From contig CALVPY010000009.1 in the NCBI GenBank assembly GCA_944354535.1, forward strand, positions 1,599 to 65,598: a stretch of DNA of 64,000 bases, given 5' to 3'. The position numbers were made by a program, and so were the translations under genes. The notes under the pieces are model-generated. The model did no database searches. It had not been told where the DNA came from and worked only from the letters and a program-made list of their open reading frames with translations. The stretch's first letter is position 1; each line of letters starts with the position of its first letter. Positions 37,028 through 45,846 of this stretch are shown piece by piece. The stretch comes from an uncultured Clostridia bacterium (GTDB lineage: Bacteria > Bacillota > Clostridia > Christensenellales > Borkfalkiaceae).

Positions 37028-39268
37028 ATGATCATCACACTCAACGACAATTGGACTTTCTTCAAAGACACGGCGGCGCCCGCCGCCAACAAAGCGCAGT
37101 CGCCCGCCCAAGTCTCGGCGCAGACAGGCGAAAAAGTCACCCTTCCCCACACCTGGAACGCCATCGACGGCCAGGACGGCGGCAGCGATTATTTCCGCGG
37201 CGAATGCACCTACACCCGCCCGCTTCCCGCCCTCACCCTCAAAGAGGACGAGGAAGCACACCTCTGCTTTTACGGCGTCTCGCAGACGGCGGAAGTCTTC
37301 ATAAGCGGCGAACTTGTCACCCGTCACGAGGGCGGCTATTCCCGCTTCTATGCCGACGTCACCCGCTTCTTCCGCACGGGCGGCTTCATGGAGCTCACCG
37401 TCCGCGTCAGTAACGCCGTCTCCGACCGCGTCTACCCGCAGGCGGCGGATTTCACCTTCTTCGGCGGCATCTATCGGAGCGTCGGGCTCCTCATCGTCCG
37501 CAGATCTCACTTCGATCTCACGGCGATGGGCGGCGGCGTCAAAATTACGCCCAAAGAGCACGAGGGCGCGTGGAACGTCGAACTCACACCTTTCGTCACC
37601 CACGCCGAAGACCTTCTCATCTCCTGGCGCATCCTCGACGGCGCGAAGGAGATCGCCGGGAAGGAGTCGCCCGCCGCGCAGACGGTCAACATCGCGATCC
37701 CCGATCCCATCCTTTGGCAGGGCGTCGACGATCCCCATCTCTATACCCTCGAAGCCGTCCTTCTCTCTCCAGAAGGCAAACCGCTCGATACCTTTTCGGC
37801 GCGCTTCGGCCTCCGCACCTTTTCTGTCGATCCCGAACGCGGCTTCTTCCTCAACGGCAAGAGCTATCCCTTGCGCGGCGTCTCCCGCCATCAGGACCGC
37901 GAGAACATGGGCTACGCCGTCACGCGCAGGGAGCACGAAGAGGATATCGCCCTCATCCGCGAGCTGGGCGCCAATTCCGTGCGCCTTGCCCACTATCAGC
38001 ACGACGACTACTTCTATTCCCTCTGCGACGAGGCGGGTCTCATCGTCTGGGCGGAAGTTCCCTATATCACGATGGAGCTCAGCGACGGGCACGAGAACAT
38101 CCTCTCGCAGTTCCGCGAGCTCATCACGCAGAATTATAACCACACCTGCATCGTCTGCTGGGGCCTCTCCAACGAGATCACTCTAAAAGGCGTCACCGAC
38201 GGCATCATTCAAACGCACGCCGCCTTGAAAGCGATCAAAGAAGAGCTCGATCCTTATCGCCCTTCGACGATGGCGCACATCAGTATGCTCCCGCCCGATT
38301 CTCCCTTCGTGGAGACGGCGGATATCTGCGCATGGAACCTCTACTTCGGCTGGTACGAGGGTAACGTCTCTCAGTACAAGCCCTGGCTCGACGCATTCCA
38401 CGCCTCGCATCCCCGCCTTCCCTTCGGCCTTTCGGAATACGGCGCAGACGCCCTCGTCGCCTATCAGTCGCCTAAGCCCGCCGTCGGCGATTATTCGGAG
38501 AGCTATCAGGAATATTATCACGAGAAACTTTTGGAACAGATCGAGAAGATGCCATACCTTTGGTGCACTTACGTCTGGAACATGTTCGACTTCGCCGCCG
38601 ACGCGCGCGAGGAGGCGGGCGATCCCGGCAAGAACCACAAGGGGCTTGTAACTTACGACCGCAAGATAAAAAAGGACGCCTTCTACGTCTACAAGGCGCG
38701 CTGGAGCCGCGAACCCTTCGTCCACCTTGCCGGCAGCCGCTACGTTTATCGCCACGAAGCGACGACGAGCATCCGCGTCTACACCAACCTTCCCAAAGTC
38801 GCGCTCTATGTCGATCAAAAGCTGTTCGCGGAACAAGAGGGGAGATACCTCTTTTCCTTCGAAGTGCCTATCTCGGGCAGGCATCTGATCGAAGCGCGCG
38901 CAGAGGGCTGCTCCGATACGATCGCGATCGAGCACGTCGAAGCTCCGTATGAGGGCTACCGCTGCAAGGCGAAGGAAGGGGCGGTCAATTGGCTCGACGG
39001 CTGCTCGGAAGAGGGCTTTGTCGTCACCGACCGCATCGGCGACATCCTCGCCGTTCCCGAAGGCAAAGAGTTTTTGGATGCCTTCTTTACGTACATCATC
39101 GAAAAGCGCCGCAAGACGGGCGCGCCCGTCCGCGAGCTGAGCGAGGAGCTCATCGAAGGCATGACGGATCACTCCGTCGAGCGGATCTTCAACATGGCGG
39201 GCGATCTTCTCTCCGAACGCGAGCAGATCCACATCGTCCGCGCCCTCAATCGTGTGAAAAAGCCTTAA
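37028..39268 (+). CDS. glycoside hydrolase family 2, beta-glucuronidase-like (NxK motif present)
   Basis: The start MIITLNDNWTFF is typical of GH2. Acid/base context is WGLSNEIT and nucleophile context LSEYGADAL. YVWNMFDFAAD...GKNHKGLVTYDRK mirrors E. coli GUS WNFADF...GNKKGIFTRDRK. The N-H-K motif is encoded at 38633-38641. Confidence 0.8.
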   Translation: MIITLNDNWTFFKDTAAPAANKAQSPAQVSAQTGEKVTLPHTWNAIDGQDGGSDYFRGECTYTRPLPALTLKEDEEAHLCFYGVSQTAEVFISGELVTRHEGGYSRFYADVTRFFRTGGFMELTVRVSNAVSDRVYPQAADFTFFGGIYRSVGLLIVRRSHFDLTAMGGGVKITPKEHEGAWNVELTPFVTHAEDLLISWRILDGAKEIAGKESPAAQTVNIAIPDPILWQGVDDPHLYTLEAVLLSPEGKPLDTFSARFGLRTFSVDPERGFFLNGKSYPLRGVSRHQDRENMGYAVTRREHEEDIALIRELGANSVRLAHYQHDDYFYSLCDEAGLIVWAEVPYITMELSDGHENILSQFRELITQNYNHTCIVCWGLSNEITLKGVTDGIIQTHAALKAIKEELDPYRPSTMAHISMLPPDSPFVETADICAWNLYFGWYEGNVSQYKPWLDAFHASHPRLPFGLSEYGADALVAYQSPKPAVGDYSESYQEYYHEKLLEQIEKMPYLWCTYVWNMFDFAADAREEAGDPGKNHKGLVTYDRKIKKDAFYVYKARWSREPFVHLAGSRYVYRHEATTSIRVYTNLPKVALYVDQKLFAEQEGRYLFSFEVPISGRHLIEARAEGCSDTIAIEHVEAPYEGYRCKAKEGAVNWLDGCSEEGFVVTDRIGDILAVPEGKEFLDAFFTYIIEKRRKTGAPVRELSEELIEGMTDHSVERIFNMAGDLLSEREQIHIVRALNRVKKP

Positions 39269-39369
39269 AATGTGTCAAAAATCGGGGCAAAATACCCCCA
39301 AATCGTGTGACAGTTTGGTGAAAATTTACCCGAAATTTCGCTGAAAATCATTAAAGTGAGAAAACTAAT

Positions 39370-39987
39370 ATGAATATCGAAACGCTGTTCAACGGCAGGA
39401 AGATCATCCCCGTCGTTACAATAGAACGAATGGAAGACTGTGAACACATCTTCGGCGGCCTTTCGGACGGCGGTCTTCTCGCCGCTGAGGTGTGCTTTCG
39501 GACGGAGTGCGCCGAAGAGGCCATCCGCTATGCGAGAAAGACTTACCCTAAGATGCTCGTGGGGGCGGGAACGGTCATCGACGGCGGGCAGTGCCGCAGG
39601 GCGCTCGGCGCTGGGGCGCAGTTCATCGTCTCTCCCGGGCTCTCCGAGGATGTCGCGCTGCTTTCGGCGCAGGCGGATGTGCCGTACCTTCCCGGTACGG
39701 TGACGCCCACGGGCATCATGCGCGCCTTAGCGCTCGGCATCGACCGCATCAAATTTTTCCCCGCCTGCAACTTCGGCGGCCTTGCGGGCATCAAGTCGCT
39801 CTCGGCGGCGTTTCCGCAGGTCAGATTCATGCCGACGGGCGGCGTCGATCAGGAAAATTTAGCAGATTATCTTGCTTACCCCAAGATCTTCGCCTGTGGC
39901 GGCACCTGGATGACCCGCGGCTCGAGGGAGGAAATTGCGCAGAGATCGCGCGACGCCTTAGCGCTCGCGTCGAGGGGGAAAGCGTAA
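39370..39987 (+). CDS. eda: KDPG / KHG aldolase, second paralog
   Basis: It is ~60% identical by eye to 7408-8028, with VCFRTECAEEAI, GAGTV, IKFFPA and PTGGV. Confidence 0.85.
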   Translation: MNIETLFNGRKIIPVVTIERMEDCEHIFGGLSDGGLLAAEVCFRTECAEEAIRYARKTYPKMLVGAGTVIDGGQCRRALGAGAQFIVSPGLSEDVALLSAQADVPYLPGTVTPTGIMRALALGIDRIKFFPACNFGGLAGIKSLSAAFPQVRFMPTGGVDQENLADYLAYPKIFACGGTWMTRGSREEIAQRSRDALALASRGKA

Positions 39988-40052
39988 AGATCGCCCGGTT
40001 TTCTCAAGAAACCGAGTGCAGATGTGCTTTGAAGGGGAAATATTCGAATAAG

Positions 40053-40077
40053 AAAAGGAGCCTTAGGGCTCCTTTTT
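40053..40077. terminator. bidirectional terminator between eda2 (+) and LacI regulator (-)
   Basis: AAAAGGAGCC-tta-GGGCTCCTTTTT has A and T tracts on both sides. Confidence 0.6.
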
Positions 40078-41087
40078 CATGCCGAGGCGCGGCGGATGAG
40101 TACGGTGCCGATCTCGATCTTGACGGGCGGGGTATGCCCGTCTTTTATTTTTTCAAGCAGGCGCTTTGCGGCGGCGCGGCCCATCTCCTGTTTGGGAACG
40201 CGCACCGTCGTGAGCGTGGGCGAAGTGTATCCGCAGAGGGGGATATCGTCGAACCCGACGACGGCAATATCCTGCGGGATGCGCTTCCCCCGCTCGGTGA
40301 ACGCCCGCATGGCGCCCGCCGCAATGAGGTCGTTGTCGGCAAAATAGCAGCGGGCAAGCGGTTCGCCGCGGTCTAAAAGTTCGAGCATATCCGAATACGC
40401 CCCTTCGGCGGAGGGCGTCAGATGATGTACGATGCTGCGCGAGGGGGAGAGCCCGCATTTGCGGATCGCCTTGTAAAATCCGTCGGCGCGTTCCGAAAAG
40501 TTGTTGATGGGGTAGGCGGAGCGCAGATACCCCGCCTGCGTGCGGTACTTGGAAATGAGATAGTTCGCGGCAAGATATGCGCCCTGCACGTTGTTGATGA
40601 GCACGCTGTCATAGGACGCGCCCTCGAAGTAGGTATCGAGCAGCACGAAGGGGAAGGGGAGGTTTTGGATGAGCGTAAGATCGTCCTCGCTCATCTCGGT
40701 GCCGAGGATGACGGCCCCCGCGCAGCCCTCCTTCTTTGCAGATTCGAGCATGGCGCGGCTGTCCTCTTCATAGAGATAGCGCACAATGAGCCGATATTCG
40801 CTCCCCCTCGTCTCCGCCTCGATGCCCTGGGTGAGCTCCGAAAAGAAGGGGGTGTCGGCGACCACGGCGCCGTGTTTTTTGTAGATGAGGAAGAGGAGGT
40901 TCCCCTCCGCGTGTTCGCGTTCGAATTGCTTTTCCTTGATGCGGGAAAAGTCGTACCCGTACTCCCTTGCGGCCGCAAGCACGCGCTCGCGCGTTGCGTC
41001 GCTGACGCCCGGTCTGCCGTTGAGCGCCATCGAGACGGCTGCCTCCGAAAGGCCGAGCAGTTTGGAAAGTTCTTTGGCTGTGATCAT
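40077..41087 (-). CDS. LacI-family transcriptional regulator
   Basis: AGGAGA lies 7 nt before the ATG at 41087. The HTH is MITAKELSKLLGLSEAAVSMALNGRPGVSDATRERVLAAAREYGY. A periplasmic-binding-fold sugar sensor domain follows. Confidence 0.85.
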   Translation of the reverse strand: MITAKELSKLLGLSEAAVSMALNGRPGVSDATRERVLAAAREYGYDFSRIKEKQFEREHAEGNLLFLIYKKHGAVVADTPFFSELTQGIEAETRGSEYRLIVRYLYEEDSRAMLESAKKEGCAGAVILGTEMSEDDLTLIQNLPFPFVLLDTYFEGASYDSVLINNVQGAYLAANYLISKYRTQAGYLRSAYPINNFSERADGFYKAIRKCGLSPSRSIVHHLTPSAEGAYSDMLELLDRGEPLARCYFADNDLIAAGAMRAFTERGKRIPQDIAVVGFDDIPLCGYTSPTLTTVRVPKQEMGRAAAKRLLEKIKDGHTPPVKIEIGTVLIRRASA

Positions 41088-41224
41088 GATCGCGTCTCCT
41101 GCGCAAGTTTTCGGGATATATTTTAGCAAATTAAGCAAATTAAGTCAAGGAATGAACTGAATGTATCTTGAAATTTAGTAAATTCTGTTCTAAAATTAAG
41201 AAAAACAAATCAAGGGGGCTTTTT

Positions 41225-42691
41225 ATGACCGTAAAACAGTATGATCTCATCGAATTTTCCGCAGGGGATGCGCCGCTTGCCGCCGAGTTTTTCCTGGGAG
41301 ACGAGCGCATTTGCCCGGAGTGCTTCTTAAAGGGAGAGGGCGAGTATGCCGTACGCTTTATGCCGCATCGCCCCGGCGAGTGGCGCTATCGCATCGGGGA
41401 AAGGGAGGGGAGCTTTGTCTGCGTTCCCGATGAGAGCGTACACGGGCGCGTGCAGGCGAAAGGAACGCATTTTTGCTATGAGGACGGCACGCCATTCTAT
41501 CCCTTCGGCACGACATGCTATGCCTGGACGAGCCAGGAGGATGAGCTCATCGAAGAGACGCTCGCGACGCTCAAAACGGCGCCCTTCAACAAGCTCCGTA
41601 TGTGTATTTTCCCCAAGAGTATGCCGTACAATCAGAACGAGCCGCCCTATTTCCCCTTTGAAAAGGACGAAACGGGGGAGTGGGATATGCAAAGGCCGGA
41701 CTTCCGCTATTGGGATCGCCTCGACCGCTGCCTCTCGGCGCTTCGGGAGATGAACATCGAGGCGGACATCATCCTCTTTCATCCCTATGACCGCTGGGGC
41801 TTTTCCGCTCTCGGCATGGAGAAAAATTTGCAGTATCTTCGGTATGCCGTCGCCCGCCTTTCCGCTTACCGCAACGTGTGGTGGAGCCTTGCCAACGAGT
41901 ACGAGATGGTCTCGGCGATCTCTATGGAAGGCTGGGATACGATCGGACGCTTTATCGCAAAGAAGGATGCCTTTCATCATCTCATCGGCATACACGATTG
42001 GGTCAACCCTTTCCCCCGGAAGGAGTGGCTGACGCACGCCTCCATTCAGAGCGGCGAGGTGCGGTTGGTCGCCGCATGGAAAAGGGAGTACGGCATTCCC
42101 GTCGTCATCGATGAGTTCGGATACGAGGGAGATATTCCGTTTTCCTGGGGGAATTTGTCCGCATTTGAATTTATGGACCGCGCCTGGAGCATCGCCGCGG
42201 TCGGCGGCTATGTGACGCACGGCGAGACCTTCCACCGCGAGGACGAAGTCTTATGGTGGGCGAAGGGCGGCAAACTCTACGGCAAGGCGCCCGAACGTTT
42301 TGCTTATCTTAGGAGCATTATCGAGGAAGTCGGGGCGCTGGAACCCTTGAAAGGGCAGGCGATCGATCCCAACGGCACCGGGTTCATGGCATTGCTCGCC
42401 AAGATCGCGGAAGGGTTTTCCGATCGCTCCAAGCTGATGCTCGAGATGTCCTCCGCCGAATTTTTCGGCCGCAACGAGGGTCACAGAGTGTACTATTTCG
42501 GCCGTCAGTGTATGCGTTTCTTTGAAGCGGAGCTCCCCGAAGAGGGCGAGTACCGCGTGGAAGTCATCGATATCCGGGAGATGACGCGGAGAACGGCATT
42601 TGAGGCTGCCCGCGGCAAGGTGCGTATTGAACTTCCCGCAAAAGAGGGCATGGCGCTCCTCGTCACCCGCTTAAAGGGAGAGGCGCTTTGA
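41225..42691 (+). CDS. putative glycoside hydrolase, DUF5060 + DUF4038 (apiosidase-like, GH140-related) architecture
   Basis: RBS AAGGGGG precedes the ATG at 41225. An N-terminal Ig-like segment is followed by a TIM-barrel-like core: GTHFCYEDGTPFYPFGTTCYAW, NKLRMCIFPK, WWSLANEYE, VVIDEFGYEG. The family call is from memory of DUF4038-type proteins and is not verified. Confidence 0.55.
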   Translation: MTVKQYDLIEFSAGDAPLAAEFFLGDERICPECFLKGEGEYAVRFMPHRPGEWRYRIGEREGSFVCVPDESVHGRVQAKGTHFCYEDGTPFYPFGTTCYAWTSQEDELIEETLATLKTAPFNKLRMCIFPKSMPYNQNEPPYFPFEKDETGEWDMQRPDFRYWDRLDRCLSALREMNIEADIILFHPYDRWGFSALGMEKNLQYLRYAVARLSAYRNVWWSLANEYEMVSAISMEGWDTIGRFIAKKDAFHHLIGIHDWVNPFPRKEWLTHASIQSGEVRLVAAWKREYGIPVVIDEFGYEGDIPFSWGNLSAFEFMDRAWSIAAVGGYVTHGETFHREDEVLWWAKGGKLYGKAPERFAYLRSIIEEVGALEPLKGQAIDPNGTGFMALLAKIAEGFSDRSKLMLEMSSAEFFGRNEGHRVYYFGRQCMRFFEAELPEEGEYRVEVIDIREMTRRTAFEAARGKVRIELPAKEGMALLVTRLKGEAL

Positions 42692-42706
42692 TGAAAGGAG
42701 AGTGCA

Positions 42707-44107
42707 ATGGATAAGATCGTTTTGGGATTTGCGCCGACGAGGCGGAGCATTTTTTCCGCGCCCGCGGCGGTGGAGTATGCAAACTACACGCGCGGGAAGC
42801 TGCGCGCAATGGGCGTGGAGTTCGTCGATATCGACGATATTTCTTCGGACGGGCTGCTGCACGACGACAATGGCCGCGTGAAGATCGCCGCAAAATTCAA
42901 GGCGGCGGGGGTGGACGGATTATTCTTCCCGCACACCAACTTCGGCACGGAGTATGAAGTCGCCCGCCTCGCAAAAGAGATGGGGCTTCCCGTGCTCCTT
43001 TGGGGCCCGCGCGACGAGCGCCCCGACGAGAACGGCGTGCGCCTTCGTGACAGCCAATGCGGGCTCTTTGCCACGGGCAAGGTGCTGCGCCGCTTCCGCG
43101 TTCCCTTTACCTATCTTTGCAACTGTAATTTGGAGGACGAAGCCTTTGAGCGGGGCGTGAAGCTCTTCCTCGCCGTCTGCAATACGGTGAAAGCCTTCCG
43201 AAAGACGCGTATCTTGCAGATCGGGCCCCGCCCCTTCGATTTCTGGTCGACGATGTGCAACGAGGGGGAGCTTTTAGAAAAGTTCAACATCCAGCTTGCG
43301 CCCGTGCCGCTTCCCGAACTCACCGCCGAGATGAAGAAGGTGAAGGGGGACAAGGAACAGCTTGCAAAGATCGTCGCCTTCTGCCGCGAACAGTTCAAAA
43401 TTTCCGTTTCGGAGGAACAGCTCGAAACTATCGCCGCGCTCAAGGGCGCCATGCGGAATTTGGCGGAAAAATACGGCTGCAATGCGGGCTGCATCCAATG
43501 CTGGAATGCGCTTCAGGATGAGATCGGCATCATGCCGTGCGCCGCGAACAGCCTTTTGAACGAAGAGGGCTTCCCCGTCGCCTGCGAGACGGACATCCAC
43601 GGGGCGATCACATCTGTTTTGGTGGAAGCCGCGGGCATGGGCGTGAAGCGCTCTTTCTTTGCCGACTGGACGGTGCGCCACCCCGACAACGAGAACGGGG
43701 AGCTCTTGCAGCACTGCGGGCCGTGGCCGTCTTCCTGCCTACAGTGCAAGCCCGAGATCTGCTATCCGCTCGCCTTCGACTATCCCGGCGCGGTGGCGGG
43801 CGAAGCCAAGCACGGCACGATGACGCTCGCCCGCTTTGACGGCGACAACGGCGAATATTCGCTGCTCCTCGGCAACGCGAAAGGCATCGACGGGCCGTAC
43901 ACGAAGGGTACCTATGTGTGGGTGGAAGTCAGGAACTGGAAGCGGCTGGAAGCGAAGATCGTCGAAGGCCCGTATATCCATCACTGCGTGGGCATCCACG
44001 AAGACGTCGTGCCCGTCCTCTACGAGGCGTGCAAGTATCTGGGCATCAAGCCCGATCTCTATGACGACGTCGAAGAAGACGTGAAGGCATATATCCGAGG
44101 GGAATGA
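42707..44107 (+). CDS. L-fucose/L-arabinose isomerase-family protein (short ~466-aa form)
   Basis: RBS AAAGGAGAG. It starts MDKIVLGFAPTRR. The metal/catalytic context is FPVACETDIHGAITS, and the C-terminal GPYIHHCVGIHEDV is typical of the FucI-like family. Confidence 0.7.
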   Translation: MDKIVLGFAPTRRSIFSAPAAVEYANYTRGKLRAMGVEFVDIDDISSDGLLHDDNGRVKIAAKFKAAGVDGLFFPHTNFGTEYEVARLAKEMGLPVLLWGPRDERPDENGVRLRDSQCGLFATGKVLRRFRVPFTYLCNCNLEDEAFERGVKLFLAVCNTVKAFRKTRILQIGPRPFDFWSTMCNEGELLEKFNIQLAPVPLPELTAEMKKVKGDKEQLAKIVAFCREQFKISVSEEQLETIAALKGAMRNLAEKYGCNAGCIQCWNALQDEIGIMPCAANSLLNEEGFPVACETDIHGAITSVLVEAAGMGVKRSFFADWTVRHPDNENGELLQHCGPWPSSCLQCKPEICYPLAFDYPGAVAGEAKHGTMTLARFDGDNGEYSLLLGNAKGIDGPYTKGTYVWVEVRNWKRLEAKIVEGPYIHHCVGIHEDVVPVLYEACKYLGIKPDLYDDVEEDVKAYIRGE

Positions 44108-44108
44108 G

Positions 44109-44927
44109 ATGGACGAACTTACAAAAAAATCTTACAGGCTTCGCCGTATCGTCATCGAGGCGGTGTATCGTTCCTCGTCGGGGCATATCGGGGGCGATCT
44201 GTCCGTCGTCGATATTCTGAACGTACTGTATAACAAAGTCATGAACGTTTCGCCCGAGAAGGCGCACGATGCAGACCGCGACCGCTTCATTTTGAGCAAG
44301 GCGCACTGTGCGGACTGCCTGTATGCGGTGCTGGGCGACAAGGAGTATTTCGGCCTTGACGAGTACCTCAACACCTTTGAACGCTTTCAGAGCCGCTTTA
44401 TCGGGCATACGAATACTGCCATCCCCGGCGTGGAGATGAACGGCGGCTCTTTGGGGCACGGGCTCGCGGTGGGCGTCGGCATGGCGCTCGCGGCGAAAAT
44501 GGATAAAAGAAGCTACCGCACCTACGTCGTCCTCGGCGACGGCGAGATGGCGGAGGGCAGTAACTACGAGGCGATGATGGCGGCGGCGCAGTATGGCTTG
44601 GACAATCTCTGTGCGACCGTCGATTGCAACGGTCTGCAAATTTCGGGCACGACGAAGGAAGTCATGAACAGCGCGCCGCTCGGCGAGAAGTTCAAGGCGT
44701 TCGGCTGGAATGTCGTTGAAGTCATGGACGGAAATAACTGCGAAGAGCTTATTGCGGCCTACGAGGCGGCAAAGAGCTGCAAGGGAAAGCCCACGGCAGT
44801 CATCGCGCATACGGTGAAGGGGAAAGGGGTCTCCTTCATGGAGAACAACGCAAAGTGGCATCACGGCGTGATGAGCGCCGAGCAGTACGAGCGCGCGGTG
44901 CGCGAATTGGAGGCAAAGTATGAATAA
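44109..44927 (+). CDS. transketolase, N-terminal (TPP-binding) subunit
   Basis: It has SSGHIGGDLSVVDILNVLY, the TPP motif VLGDGEMAEGSNYEAMM, and HTVKGKGVSFMEN. It starts 1 nt after the isomerase stop. Confidence 0.9.
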   Translation: MDELTKKSYRLRRIVIEAVYRSSSGHIGGDLSVVDILNVLYNKVMNVSPEKAHDADRDRFILSKAHCADCLYAVLGDKEYFGLDEYLNTFERFQSRFIGHTNTAIPGVEMNGGSLGHGLAVGVGMALAAKMDKRSYRTYVVLGDGEMAEGSNYEAMMAAAQYGLDNLCATVDCNGLQISGTTKEVMNSAPLGEKFKAFGWNVVEVMDGNNCEELIAAYEAAKSCKGKPTAVIAHTVKGKGVSFMENNAKWHHGVMSAEQYERAVRELEAKYE

Positions 44928-45846
44928 AGTGACCAACCGCCAAGTCATCTGCGATACGCTGCTTGCGGCGGCGAAGGAAGATAAGGACATTATCGTCGCC
45001 TGTTCCGATTCGCGCGGCTCCGGCTCGATGACGGCATTTTTTGAGCAGTATCCCGCCCAAAGCGTGGAAGTGGGCATTGCGGAGCAGGATCTCGTCTCTA
45101 TTTCGGCGGGGCTTGCGGCGTGCGGGAAGAAGGTGTTTGCCGTCTCGCCCGCCTGCTTCCTTTCCACCCGCTCCTATGAGCAGGCGAAAGTGGATGTCGC
45201 CTATGCGGAGACCAACGTCACGCTCGTCGGCATTTCGGGCGGTATCTCCTACGGGGCGCTCGGTATGACGCACCATTCGCTGCAGGACATTGCAGCAATG
45301 GCGGCCCTGCCCGGGATGCGCGTCTATCTTCCTTCCGACCGCTTCCAAACGAAAGCGATCGTCGAGGAGCTGCTGAAAGATAAAAAGCCCGCCTACATCC
45401 GCGTTTCGCGCAGCGCGAGCGAAGATATTTACGAGGAAAATACCCACTTTGCGGGCGGCGCGAAGGTGCTGAAAGCAGGGAAGGATGTGCTGTTTGTTGC
45501 CTGCGGCGAACTCGTTGCTCCCTGCCTGCACGCGGCGGAGCGTTTGGAAGGAGAGGGTATTTCGGCGGGCGTCGTTGATGCCTACCGCGTCAAGCCGCTC
45601 AATGAGGAAGTCATTCTGAAGGCGGCATCGGGCGTGAAAGTTGTGATCACCGCCGAGGAGCATTCGCCCTACGGGGGGCTCGGCAGTATGGTCGCGCAGA
45701 TGATCTCCGCTCATTGCCCCAAGAAGGTGGTGGGGCTTTCGCTGCCCGACGGGCACATCGTCACGGGCACGCAGGCGGAGGCCTTTCAGTATTACGGCCT
45801 GACTGCCGAGGGCATTGCGGCAAAGGCAAAGGAAGCGCTGCAATGA
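44920..45846 (+). CDS. transketolase, C-terminal (pyrimidine-binding) subunit
   Basis: It has an 8-nt overlap with the N-subunit. Motifs are EVGIAEQDLVSISAGLA and GGISYGALGMTHHSLQDIA. Confidence 0.9.
   Translation: MNKVTNRQVICDTLLAAAKEDKDIIVACSDSRGSGSMTAFFEQYPAQSVEVGIAEQDLVSISAGLAACGKKVFAVSPACFLSTRSYEQAKVDVAYAETNVTLVGISGGISYGALGMTHHSLQDIAAMAALPGMRVYLPSDRFQTKAIVEELLKDKKPAYIRVSRSASEDIYEENTHFAGGAKVLKAGKDVLFVACGELVAPCLHAAERLEGEGISAGVVDAYRVKPLNEEVILKAASGVKVVITAEEHSPYGGLGSMVAQMISAHCPKKVVGLSLPDGHIVTGTQAEAFQYYGLTAEGIAAKAKEALQ

Noticed and set aside
39269-39369. Possible operator repeats (GTGTCA / GTGACA, GGGGcaaaataCCCC) upstream of the second eda
   Set aside because: The half-sites are not true inverted repeats of each other and the hairpin is weak. 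There is no convincing -35/-10 pair. It was left unannotated.
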